From an uncultured delta proteobacterium (lineage in GTDB: Bacteria > Myxococcota_A > Polyangia > Fen-1088): a DNA stretch of 64,000 bases. Below, one piece after another: positions 10,131 to 21,400 of the stretch. Made by a program: the position numbers and the translations under genes. The DNA is taken from positions 361,513 through 425,512 of the forward strand of contig CAWCMR010000005.1 of the NCBI GenBank assembly GCA_963796685.1, read 5' to 3'. The notes under the pieces were generated by a model, which saw only the letters and a program-made list of their open reading frames with translations, was not told where the DNA came from and did no database searches. Position 1 is the stretch's first letter. The number at the start of each line of letters is the position of its first letter.

Positions 10131-11448
10131 GTGGGACCCGCTCGATCAGCCGTCGGCAACCGATCCGGTCGAGCGAAAGACGTGGGCCGCCTTGAGTATC
10201 CAAGTGGACGGTCGGTTTGCCAGCAGGCTGTGGGACCGTCAAGCCGCCGCCGAACGCCAGAACCTTTATGTCCCGGCTTTTCCGATTGCCCAGTGGCTCA
10301 TCGCCAACTGGTGGCAACTGCTCTTCGAGCCGGGCATCGCCGAGGATGTTCCACCCGCCGGCACCACTGCGCCCGCACACCGGGACTGGCTGGAACGGCA
10401 TTGCCTTCGCGCGGCCGACGCCGGCTTGCTGCTGCCCAGGTTGTGCCTATTTAGCAGCGGTCGTGGCGTCTGCGCACAATGGACCGCCGACGAGCCCGAT
10501 GCCTACCCACAAATGCCGGGCATCTTTGTAAGTAGCGATGGGATGAATCTCGATGCGGCCGAGGCCGAGCGCGGTTTGCGGGAATTCGTTACCGAAGTGC
10601 TCTCGCGGGTCGCGGATATGCCGGACCCGCGGGTTGTGCACGTTCGGGCGAACTGGGAAGCCATCTCGCGCGCGAACCCCGATGAACGATCCTTCTGTCA
10701 AGCGGCCGGCAGGATGGGTCTGGACCCTTATGCATCGGAGCACTGGCCGCCAGGCTTGGTCGATTTCCTCGAAACCGGTCTTGGGGACGATCAGGATACG
10801 CCGTTGGTGCAAGACTTTCTCGAGGCCGCCAGCGCCGAAACGGCCGTGGCCGAGTGGCAGTGGACGGCGCGTGTCGAGAAGAGCCTCTCACTCCGCGCGA
10901 CACCCACGGACGTGTCGAGAAGGTTGGGCCGCCCGGACCTGTACCGTCCAGCGAAGACCGGATGCGCGACAGCTCGCAGCGTACGCGAGAAAATCGACCT
11001 CGCCCCGGTCGAGGCTGTCGAAAATCTGACCGACGTGTCCCGTGCCTTGATGCTCGGAGCTCTTGAGTTTCAAGAGGTCAATCACCTGCCAAGCCGGCGC
11101 GTGCAGGCGGTCGTGGGTTGGAAATCCGATCATACTCCGGTGGTGGCCGGCCCCATCCCGAGTAGAGATGCAAATCGACGCTTTCTAGAGGCCCGCGCTT
11201 TGTACCACGCGATATTCGCCTGCGATCGCGGCCCACGGCTTGCTACGAACGCCCACACGTGGGATCAGCAGGCATCGCGCGCCTTCGCTGCCGAATTGCT
11301 GGCACCGCAGGCGGTCCTTGTCGATGAGACAACCCACTATTCGGGAGACCGAGACTCCCTTGTCAGGACGCTGGCGAGCCGCTATCGAGTAAGCACCCAG
11401 GTCATTGGCTACCAACTCGAAAACGCCGGTGTCGGCGGCATGGACTGA
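10108..11448 (+). CDS. Protein with C-terminal ImmA/IrrE (Peptidase_M78)-like domain lacking canonical HExxH
   Basis: RRFLEARALYH in place of RFT.AHELGH; ASRAFAAELLAP; terminal LASRYRVSTQVIGYQLEN. Confidence 0.75.
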   Translation: MSRSLSIKWDPLDQPSATDPVERKTWAALSIQVDGRFASRLWDRQAAAERQNLYVPAFPIAQWLIANWWQLLFEPGIAEDVPPAGTTAPAHRDWLERHCLRAADAGLLLPRLCLFSSGRGVCAQWTADEPDAYPQMPGIFVSSDGMNLDAAEAERGLREFVTEVLSRVADMPDPRVVHVRANWEAISRANPDERSFCQAAGRMGLDPYASEHWPPGLVDFLETGLGDDQDTPLVQDFLEAASAETAVAEWQWTARVEKSLSLRATPTDVSRRLGRPDLYRPAKTGCATARSVREKIDLAPVEAVENLTDVSRALMLGALEFQEVNHLPSRRVQAVVGWKSDHTPVVAGPIPSRDANRRFLEARALYHAIFACDRGPRLATNAHTWDQQASRAFAAELLAPQAVLVDETTHYSGDRDSLVRTLASRYRVSTQVIGYQLENAGVGGMD

Positions 11449-11510
11449 GCGCTCGGTGGCTGCCTCGCCGCCCCATCGCCAAGGCTCGGTGTGTCTAGAA
11501 GGCACGTGTC

Positions 11511-11909
11511 TCACCCCATCCAGTCCTCCACCTTCAACCCGGGCACGCGGGCGAATTCGCCGACGTTGCTGGTGACCACGATCCGGCGGCTCGCCTGCGC
11601 GATCGCCGCGATCATCAGGTCGCGATCCCCGATGGGACGGCCTTTCGCGGTCAGGTGGGCGCGGATGCTGGCGTAGCAGTCCGCGGCGGCCGCGTCGAAA
11701 TCGAGCACGCGGAACGGGGCAAGAAATGCGTCCTGGTCCGTGCGCGTCCGTCTAGGCTGGTGGCTCTTGGCGGCACCGAACCACATCTCGGCCAAGGTGA
11801 TGGCAGCAACCGCAATGGCCGAGGGGCCGACCTCGCGCGCGCGCGCCGTCAGAGGTTCGTGCAACTTCATCAGATGGATGCAGGCGTTCGTGTCGAACAG
11901 GTAGCTCAC
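11511..11909 (-). CDS. vapC: VapC PIN-domain toxin
   Basis: [50 protein letters not shown]. Confidence 0.93.
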   Translation of the reverse strand: MSYLFDTNACIHLMKLHEPLTARAREVGPSAIAVAAITLAEMWFGAAKSHQPRRTRTDQDAFLAPFRVLDFDAAAADCYASIRAHLTAKGRPIGDRDLMIAAIAQASRRIVVTSNVGEFARVPGLKVEDWMG

Positions 11910-12154
11910 GGCGAATCCAGATCGACATCCTGCAGCTGGACATTCATCGGCTCGATCTTCGCGGCATGGCGCATCTCGCGCAGGCGCTCCCAGTATCCGC
12001 GCGGCCACGCCTTGCCGTGCAGCGGCTCCAGGACAACCGCATCACCCTCGCGACGGATGCGAACCTCGTCGCCGGAAAATCGGTATTCCTTCGGCAGGCG
12101 GACCGCCTGCGACCTTCCGTTGCGGAATAGTTTTGCCGTAGCTGTCGATGCCAT
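11906..12154 (-). CDS. vapB: VapB antitoxin (AbrB/SpoVT type)
   Basis: [20 protein letters not shown]; GTGA overlap with vapC. Confidence 0.93.
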   Translation of the reverse strand: MASTATAKLFRNGRSQAVRLPKEYRFSGDEVRIRREGDAVVLEPLHGKAWPRGYWERLREMRHAAKIEPMNVQLQDVDLDSP

Positions 12155-12169
12155 GGTTCTTCCTCTAGC

Positions 12170-12189
12170 GGTAGATACCAGTATATACC
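12170..12189. promoter_or_regulatory. Probable vapBC autoregulatory operator
   Basis: Imperfect inverted repeat GGTAGATACCAGTATATACC just upstream of vapB. Confidence 0.55.
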
Positions 12190-12271
12190 ATGTTCCCTCG
12201 ACCTAGCGCAACCTCACCCAAGCCCCACGACCTGCGTTACAATGCCGTTCACCTAGTCGAAAGGATCCTCC

Positions 12272-13429
12272 ATGCTGACCCTGCCCGCGCTCAAGATTCA
12301 GCAGTTTGCCAAGGAATTCTACCTTCTCAACCTTTCTGCCGGCGATGTGGAACGCCTGGTGCGCTTCGAGGTGCTGGGCGAGGCGGGGGCCGCGGGCGTC
12401 GAGGGCAAGAAGGCGCGCAAGCCGAAGGCCAGCGGCGTGAACTGGGGCGAGCTCGAGAAGAAGGTCGGCACCAGCGACAAGGCGTTCCAGCGGCCCATCA
12501 TCCGCAAAAAGATCGACGAGCTGGCGCAGTACTATACGAGCTGCCGCGAGAGCGATGCCCTGCCCGCCATCCCCGGCTCGGTCATCCTGACCACCGACGA
12601 GAAGGTGTCGTTCACGGCCGCGGGCGCGAATCCTTTCCTGGGGTTGCTCCAGATCTCCGAGGAGGAGGGCACCTTGCGCGCGCTCGACGGCCAGCACCGC
12701 CTGCTGGCCCTGGCCGCGCTGCTGCACGATCCGGCCACCAGCGATGAGGATCGTGCGGCGGCGCGCCGGCTGCAGGTGCCGGCCATTCTGTTCAGCGGCC
12801 TCAGCGACGACCAAACCGTCGAGATGTTCGTCACCATCAACGCCAAGCACACGCGCCTCAACGCCTCCCTGCTGGTCAGCCTCAGCGGGCGCCAGCTTTA
12901 CGGCGACGCGCGCATGGGCAAGGTCCACGACGCCATCCGTGCGCTCAACAACCAGGCGTCGAGCCCGCTGGCGGGCCAGATCAAGTTGCTCGGCGTTGGC
13001 CCGGGGCGCGTGCAACAGGCGGGGCTGGCGCAAGAGATGAAACAGATGTTCGACGATTGGGAGCGCAAGGATCCGGCGCTGGTCGCTCGGTTCGAGGTCG
13101 AGGCCAAGGAGTTCTTCCTGGCCTACTTCAAGGAGATCGCGCGTGTGTTCGCCCAGGCCTGGGACGGCAAGAAGTATTCGATCAAGAGCACGATGGCCCT
13201 GCGGGCCTTCATCCAGGTGACGCCGGAGGTTCTCGGCCGCGCCCTCACGGCAGGGGGAGCCTCGCGCGCCGATGCCTTGCGGACCGTGCTCGCCCCCTGG
13301 GCCGAGCGCGTGGGCAGCCCGCGCTTCGAGACCGCCGGCGCCTGGCGAGCCAAGGTCGCGGGCGGCGGCAAGGAAACCACGCGCCTGCTCGCGCGTGAGC
13401 TGGTGGCCGCGCTGGGAGGTGCCGCGTGA
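12272..13429 (+). CDS. DGQHR-domain protein (DndB/ParB-Srx-like)
   Basis: FQRP...KIDELAQY, IPGSVIL, LDGQHRL, MFVTIN motifs. Confidence 0.9.
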   Translation: MLTLPALKIQQFAKEFYLLNLSAGDVERLVRFEVLGEAGAAGVEGKKARKPKASGVNWGELEKKVGTSDKAFQRPIIRKKIDELAQYYTSCRESDALPAIPGSVILTTDEKVSFTAAGANPFLGLLQISEEEGTLRALDGQHRLLALAALLHDPATSDEDRAAARRLQVPAILFSGLSDDQTVEMFVTINAKHTRLNASLLVSLSGRQLYGDARMGKVHDAIRALNNQASSPLAGQIKLLGVGPGRVQQAGLAQEMKQMFDDWERKDPALVARFEVEAKEFFLAYFKEIARVFAQAWDGKKYSIKSTMALRAFIQVTPEVLGRALTAGGASRADALRTVLAPWAERVGSPRFETAGAWRAKVAGGGKETTRLLARELVAALGGAA

Positions 13430-13902
13430 GCCCCCAAGCCAGCCTCGAGGTCGAGCTGCAGAGCATCGTGCGCGAGAATGAAGGCGACTTGCTGGCCTTC
13501 GCGCGCAAGATCTACGAGCACGGCTACCGCCAGGGTCTCGCGTCGCGCACGCAGGGCCAGCCCGAGAACGTCGTTTCCGTTCCCGAGCCAACTGCGCCTC
13601 AGCCTGTTGCCGAGCAGGGACCGCTGTTTCCGACGCGCTCGAGGGTCGCGGTTGCATCCGCCCCAGACGAAGAAGTCGGAGAGCCCGACGAAGGCGACGC
13701 CCCGATCGAAGAGGAGGCCTACACCTGCGACCACCGCGTGCGCGGCAGCATCACCGCGGCCGGCTTGCAAAGGAAGATCGAACGCCTCTTCGATCTCTCC
13801 CGTTTCGCCATCGACATCGTCATCTGCCGGCGTGGCGATGCCGAACGCCGACGTCTCAAGAGCACGGTGAAGCTGAAGAACTATCTGCTGGAAGGCGAGT
13901 AG
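13426..13902 (+). CDS. Hypothetical protein: helical N-terminus, Pro/Glu-rich linker, possible ubiquitin-like C-terminal domain
   Basis: GTGA-coupled to the DGQHR gene; 158 aa. Confidence 0.7.
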   Translation: MSPQASLEVELQSIVRENEGDLLAFARKIYEHGYRQGLASRTQGQPENVVSVPEPTAPQPVAEQGPLFPTRSRVAVASAPDEEVGEPDEGDAPIEEEAYTCDHRVRGSITAAGLQRKIERLFDLSRFAIDIVICRRGDAERRRLKSTVKLKNYLLEGE

Positions 13903-13926
13903 GCTTGGCCCGGGAGCGGCACGACC

Positions 13927-14322
13927 TCACCCGCCCGCGTCCATCATCTCGACGAGCTGACGCGGGGAAAGAATGCGGATCCCTCGGTACTCGCCCAAGA
14001 CGAGCAAGTCCGCGTCGCCGGTCAGGATGACGTCGGCTTGCCCCGCGATGGCGGCTGCCAGGACCTTGCCGTCGTCGCGATCGCGGCAAACCGGTAGAGC
14101 CTTGGGCCGCACCAGCGTCGCCCGCTCGCGATAGGCTTTCAGGAGTGGCACGTCGGCCGGGTCGGTGTCGAATTTGCGGCGCAGGGTTCGCGCCAACTCT
14201 TCCAGCAAAGCGGGCGACGTGATGAGAGCCACTCGCATCAGCCTGCGCTTGACCAGGTCGCGGCACAAGCCGTCGGCGACCATACCGGCGACCAGAACGT
14301 TGGTGTCGCAGACAACCTTCAC
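13927..14322 (-). CDS. PIN-domain toxin
   Basis: VVCDTNVLVAG, CRDRDDGKVLAAAIAGQADVILTGDADLL. Confidence 0.9.
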   Translation of the reverse strand: MKVVCDTNVLVAGMVADGLCRDLVKRRLMRVALITSPALLEELARTLRRKFDTDPADVPLLKAYRERATLVRPKALPVCRDRDDGKVLAAAIAGQADVILTGDADLLVLGEYRGIRILSPRQLVEMMDAGG

Positions 14323-14537
14323 GACACGGCTTTGAACGCGTCTTCGTCGGTATAGATACCCTTGGCGCGCGCCTTGGGAATAAGCAGGCGGCGGGACTTG
14401 TCGAAGGCATCGGCCCAGATTTGCTGTTGCACGGCCCGGCGGACGAATTCGCTCTCCGTCATACCCTGTCCTTTGGCGGCTCGACTCAACTCGCGCCGCA
14501 GCAGGGGAGGAAGGCTGATGGTCACCGTCGCTCTCAT
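14319..14537 (-). CDS. Ribbon-helix-helix (CopG-like) antitoxin
   Basis: MRATVTISLP...SEFVRRAV...KGIYTDEDAFKAVS; coupled to the PIN gene. Confidence 0.85.
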   Translation of the reverse strand: MRATVTISLPPLLRRELSRAAKGQGMTESEFVRRAVQQQIWADAFDKSRRLLIPKARAKGIYTDEDAFKAVS

Positions 14538-14602
14538 GTAAGACAATTTATGACAGGCAAGGCTCCCTTTCAAGAAGTTGCTACGCACGTGCATTCTCCG
14601 AT

Positions 14603-14725
14603 CCCCTCGCCCCGCGCAGCGGGGAGAGGGTTAGGGTGAGGGGCCAGCGCACTCTCTCGCATGGCCGAACCCCTCACCCGACGCGCTTCGCGCGTCGACC
14701 TCTCCCCGCTGCGCGGGGCGAGGTG
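14603..14725. repeat. Pair of inverted REP-like palindromic elements (CCCTCACCC...CTCTCCCC...GGGG family)
   Basis: Perfect 25-bp inverted repeat CCTCGCCCCGCGCAGCGGGGAGAGG; related units at 53664-53816. Confidence 0.7.
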
Positions 14726-14799
14726 AATCTTCCAAGCACTCGCAAGCTCTCGATTCTGCACGGCATTCAACCCGTTCGGTGCTCTAGCGCGGCGCCCCC

Positions 14800-16122
14800 C
14801 TACCCCGCCGCCCCCGCTGCCGCCAACAGCGCGCTGACGGCGTAGTCGTAGTCGAGCTGGGTGCCGTCCCACAACGGTTCGTTCGAGTCCGGGCCGAGGT
14901 CGAGCCCGCGGTCGACGGCCCATTCCGCCAGCCAAGCGTGGGCGTCGTCGACGTGCTCGCGTGGTGGCTCTGCCGGCAAAGGCTTGCCGGTTGGCGAGGT
15001 GAACAGCAATTCGCCCGCGGCAGAACGCGTGACGGACCAGCCGCCCTCGTGGATCAGATGGTGGTGGGCGGTACACAGGGTCACCAGGTTGTCCACGCTG
15101 GTTTCGCCACCGTGCAACCAGTGCCGAATGTGATGGCCGTGCAGGAAGCGGGTGTGGGTGCAACCAGGAAAGCGGCAGCCGCGGTCGCGGAGCGCGAGCA
15201 CACGACGAATGGCGGGCGGAATGGTGCGGGTGCGGCGACCGATGTTCAATGGCGGGGTGTCCGATTGTGCGCCGCTGGCGCCGACGGCGAGCAGGCCACA
15301 GTCGCAAGCCACCCTGCGCAGGGTTTCCGGCGAGATTCGCGTGCCGTCGTCGAGCGTGCCGGCCATGGAGCCGTCCGGCCCGAGAGCGTCCTGATCCAGG
15401 TGCACCACGACCTGGAAGCGTTCGCCTCCGGTTCCCGTCCCTCGATTGCCGGCAAGGAAGGACTCGGCGAGAGCGACCATGCCGTCTGCGCGCGATGGCC
15501 AAGACGCTCCCGCGGAAGCGTCTGCGTGTCTGCCATCACACTTTCGCGCTTCCGCGGAAGCGGCGTCTGGGGCAGAAGCCTCATTTCCACCATGAACCTC
15601 TCGCGCCCGCTCGACTGCGCGCATAACCAGATCCGTCTCGTCGGGTGACAGGACGATCTCGAGCTTCACCATTCCGCCCGGCAGCTCCCGCTGGCGGACG
15701 GAACGCTCCTCGGGCGATGGGGAATCGTCGGAAGCTTGGGCGGTTCGGTACCCGCGACACAAGCGTTCGAGCTGCGCGCCGGTTGCGAACAAGGCCACCT
15801 CCAGTAGGCGCGCTTCATTGTCGGGCGTGGCGGCGCGGGTCAGGGCCCGCACCTTGGCATAGGACACCTTGCCCGACCGCAACGCCTCATCGATGGCGGG
15901 CAACTTGCCGAGCGCGCGCGCCACGCGCACTTTCTCGCGCGCGGTGGTCGAATCCAAGCCCACCCGCCAAGCGAGCCAGTGCGCACAGGACACGGCGCCC
16001 TGTTCGTACCACCCACCGGCTTCGTCGAACTGCCGGATGCACTCGAGCAACCTGTGCGTGGCCGCATCGACGTGCGCCGACAAGCTCGCTATCTCCTGAC
16101 CCAATTCCTCGACGGAAGACAT
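14800..16122 (-). CDS. DUF222 + HNH endonuclease (13E12-repeat-like)
   Basis: SCAHWLAWR, RRVACD, RDRGCRFPGC, HHIRHWLHGGETSVDNLVTLCTAHHHLIH. Confidence 0.92.
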   Translation of the reverse strand: MSSVEELGQEIASLSAHVDAATHRLLECIRQFDEAGGWYEQGAVSCAHWLAWRVGLDSTTAREKVRVARALGKLPAIDEALRSGKVSYAKVRALTRAATPDNEARLLEVALFATGAQLERLCRGYRTAQASDDSPSPEERSVRQRELPGGMVKLEIVLSPDETDLVMRAVERAREVHGGNEASAPDAASAEARKCDGRHADASAGASWPSRADGMVALAESFLAGNRGTGTGGERFQVVVHLDQDALGPDGSMAGTLDDGTRISPETLRRVACDCGLLAVGASGAQSDTPPLNIGRRTRTIPPAIRRVLALRDRGCRFPGCTHTRFLHGHHIRHWLHGGETSVDNLVTLCTAHHHLIHEGGWSVTRSAAGELLFTSPTGKPLPAEPPREHVDDAHAWLAEWAVDRGLDLGPDSNEPLWDGTQLDYDYAVSALLAAAGAAG

Positions 16123-16129
16123 GGGCGAA

Positions 16130-16145
16130 CTATACAAATGTTCAG
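16130..16145. promoter_or_regulatory. Putative myxobacterial-type LexA (SOS) box
   Basis: CTATAC-AAAT-GTTCAG resembles the Myxococcus LexA consensus as recalled (CTRHAM-N4-GTTCAG). Confidence 0.5.
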
Positions 16146-16253
16146 TTACACGATCAAGTCACAATTCAACTGAATTCAATTGAGACCGATTGCCGATTCA
16201 TTGTCCTTGCCTGACAAACGGCCCCCGTATCCTGGTGGCAAGGAGGTATCTCC

Positions 16254-17957
<1,704 letters not shown>

Positions 17958-17961
17958 TATC

Positions 17962-18252
17962 ATGCGGAATGTGTACCTGGTGTGTTACGACGTGTGCAAC
18001 GACAAGAGGCTGAAGCGGGTCTACAAGGCCATGCGCGGGTACGGCGACCATCTGCAGCTCTCGGTGTTCCGCTGCGAGCTTTCCGCGCGCGAGCGCGCCG
18101 AAATGATCGCCGAGCTTTCGCCCCTCATCGCCCACGACGAGGACCAGGTGCTCATTATCGACATCGGCCCGGCAGACGGGCGCGCAAGCCTGGTCTTCGA
18201 TGCCGTTGGCAAGCCGTACGTGGCACCAGAGCGCCACGCCATCATCGTGTGA
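17962..18252 (+). CDS. cas2: Cas2
   Basis: YLVCYDV...KRLKRVYK...GDHLQLSVFRC...DQVLIIDIG. Confidence 0.95.
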   Translation: MRNVYLVCYDVCNDKRLKRVYKAMRGYGDHLQLSVFRCELSARERAEMIAELSPLIAHDEDQVLIIDIGPADGRASLVFDAVGKPYVAPERHAIIV

Positions 18253-18493
18253 GCCGTGCTCTCTGACAACCGCATAGCTCATTTGGTTTTCCACGATGCG
18301 AGCGGCGACGTGCTTCGTCGGCCTCCGTCGACGCTCGCAGTTCCGAAAGGGCCGAAACACCTAACACCTGCAACAGAAAGGAGACCGGCGCAAATCCGGC
18401 ATGGGCTTTTCCGTCAGAATCCGTCGTGCTTTCACCACCCGCTCGCAACAGGCGCCCCAACCTCCTGTATCTCCATGCCAATCGGCAGGAGCC
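18253..18493 (+). promoter_or_regulatory. CRISPR leader
   Basis: Non-coding between cas2 and repeat 1; TGCGAGCGG (18297) and CCGCTCGCA (18439) inverted motif. Confidence 0.8.
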
Positions 18494-21400
18494 CTATCCG
18501 TCGTCCCCGGACGACGGCCCCATTGAAGCCCAATGTTTGACTGAGAGGTTATCATTATGACCTTTAGCTATCCGTCGTCCCCGGACGACGGCCCCATTGA
18601 AGCGAAGGGAGAAGGCCACGGCCGTCTCCGAGGCCACCTATCCGTCGTCCCCGGACGACGGCCCCATTGAAGCCGCGGGATGGACATCTGCGTAGCCGCC
18701 ACGCCAGGAACCTATCCGTCGTCCCCGGACGACGGCCCCATTGAAGCAGTTGGTGGGGTCAATCGATGTCTTCGGAATCGTTAACCTATCCGTCGTCCCC
18801 GGACGACGGCCCCATTGAAGCGAGCCGTTGGCGGCCGAGCACATGCAGACCCCGAACTATCCGTCGTCCCCGGACGACGGCCCCATTGAAGCGAGCGCGG
18901 CGGAAATTCAGTGACCGGCTGGATGGTGCCTATCCGTCGTCCCCGGACGACGGCCCCATTGAAGCCGCAAGGCTTCGCGGAACGTCGCTGGACTCATTCG
19001 CCTATCCGTCGTCCCCGGACGACGGCCCCATTGAAGCAAGCGTGGCACGCCAAGGAGAACGCGGGGAAGTAACTATCCGTCGTCCCCGGACGACGGCCCC
19101 ATTGAAGCCATTGTTCCCACTGCAAAGCATCGATGCCCAGCGCCTATCCGTCGTCCCCGGACGACGGCCCCATTGAAGCCACTCCAAGAAGGCCGCGGTC
19201 GAAGCTACCCTCACGCCTATCCGTCGTCCCCGGACGACGGCCCCATTGAAGCCGACTCCATCTCCTCGGAGGTGTACAACCCAAACGCTATCCGTCGTCC
19301 CCGGACGACGGCCCCATTGAAGCACCATCATGCGCTCGCCGATCTCGCCAGGGTTCCACTCTATCCGTCGTCCCCGGACGACGGCCCCATTGAAGCGCGT
19401 GGAGTTGACCGAGGACGAGATTGAGACCGTGGCTATCCGTCGTCCCCGGACGACGGCCCCATTGAAGCGCGGCCCCGGGCACGACGACCTGGCGCCCATC
19501 ATCCGCTATCCGTCGTCCCCGGACGACGGCCCCATTGAAGCTACCGCGGAATGAGCGGCCTTCGTCTGACCACGGACTATCCGTCGTCCCCGGACGACGG
19601 CCCCATTGAAGCCGACGATGGGAAAATCCAGATCTATCACGGGGATTGTCTATCCGTCGTCCCCGGACGACGGCCCCATTGAAGCTGCGTGGGCGTGTAG
19701 CTCGAGGATGCGGAGAAATCCAGCTATCCGTCGTCCCCGGACGACGGCCCCATTGAAGCGGATAAGCTCCCCGGGCTCACGCAGCCATCGACCGGCTATC
19801 CGTCGTCCCCGGACGACGGCCCCATTGAAGCCTTCTTGGGATCATCCGCCGAGGAGGTTTCGGACCCGCTATCCGTCGTCCCCGGACGACGGCCCCATTG
19901 AAGCCTATCCTTGCCGGCCTAACCCTTTCCGCTTCCGTGGCTATCCGTCGTCCCCGGACGACGGCCCCATTGAAGCGAGCTCCTCGAAGGCGTGTGGGTG
20001 ACCGGAATGGCCACCTATCCGTCGTCCCCGGACGACGGCCCCATTGAAGCATGGCTACTTCGCTCCCTTCCGGGCGTCGCGGGCCAGCTATCCGTCGTCC
20101 CCGGACGACGGCCCCATTGAAGCCTCCTTCACCCCTAGTAGACCCGCTAGCGCTAGGAACTATCCGTCGTCCCCGGACGACGGCCCCATTGAAGCTTTAG
20201 CATCGCGTCAATCGGCGTCGGTGCAGCACCTGCTATCCGTCGTCCCCGGACGACGGCCCCATTGAAGCGGATCGATCCAGCGACCCCACCGTCGGCCGGA
20301 AGCGTCTATCCGTCGTCCCCGGACGACGGCCCCATTGAAGCATTCCCCTCCCAGTGGAGGGCCATCACCGATGAGAGCAACCTATCCGTCGTCCCCGGAC
20401 GACGGCCCCATTGAAGCTGCGTGCTGATGGCACGTGTTGGATCAACATCGGGGCTATCCGTCGTCCCCGGACGACGGCCCCATTGAAGCTCGTCGGTGGC
20501 CTGCTGGACGGTCTGCGGTCCCTTCTATCCGTCGTCCCCGGACGACGGCCCCATTGAAGCCAGTCGGGAGGCTGCGGGCGGACAGCGGCAGATTCCCTAT
20601 CCGTCGTCCCCGGACGACGGCCCCATTGAAGCGCGTCTGTGCGGGGGATTATGCCCAGCTCGTGGACGCTATCCGTCGTCCCCGGACGACGGCCCCATTG
20701 AAGCGCGCGCTTCCGCCTTCCGCTGCGTGGGGGTCTTGGCCTATCCGTCGTCCCCGGACGACGGCCCCATTGAAGCGCGATCGCCTTAGTAGACGCCGCG
20801 TTCTCTTCCAGCTATCCGTCGTCCCCGGACGACGGCCCCATTGAAGCGCAGATGTCTGCTGAAGCTCAAGAAGACGAATCCGAAACTATCCGTCGTCCCC
20901 GGACGACGGCCCCATTGAAGCGACCTGAAGGGTGGAAAGGCGGGAACTGGAACCCAACCTATCCGTCGTCCCCGGACGACGGCCCCATTGAAGCGCCGAT
21001 TCCAGCATCGGCGATCGCTGCCGACATCTCTATCCGTCGTCCCCGGACGACGGCCCCATTGAAGCCACTTGAGCGACCACACGTGGTGCTGGCCATCGTA
21101 GGTCCTATCCGTCGTCCCCGGACGACGGCCCCATTGAAGCGGAACTTATGCGGTCACTCCCGGAGGCCTCCACACGCTATCCGTCGTCCCCGGACGACGG
21201 CCCCATTGAAGCGTAGATCGTCTCCGCGAATGGCGTGCTACCAAATCCACCTATCCGTCGTCCCCGGACGACGGCCCCATTGAAGCCAAGACTTTCTCCT
21301 GTCTTGCGATGCCAATCGTATCTATCCGTCGTCCCCGGACGACGGCCCCATTGAAGCCAGCGGTCGGGCCGGCGCCACCACGGTCTTGACCGGGACTATC

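Noticed and set aside
12272-13429. Dnd phosphorothioation system
   Set aside because: Only a DGQHR domain; no dndACDE or ssp genes in the window.
14800-16122. HNH gene as a Cas9/IscB-like or Cascade-linked effector
   Set aside because: No RuvC motifs; matches the widespread DUF222-HNH family and is transcribed opposite to the cas genes.
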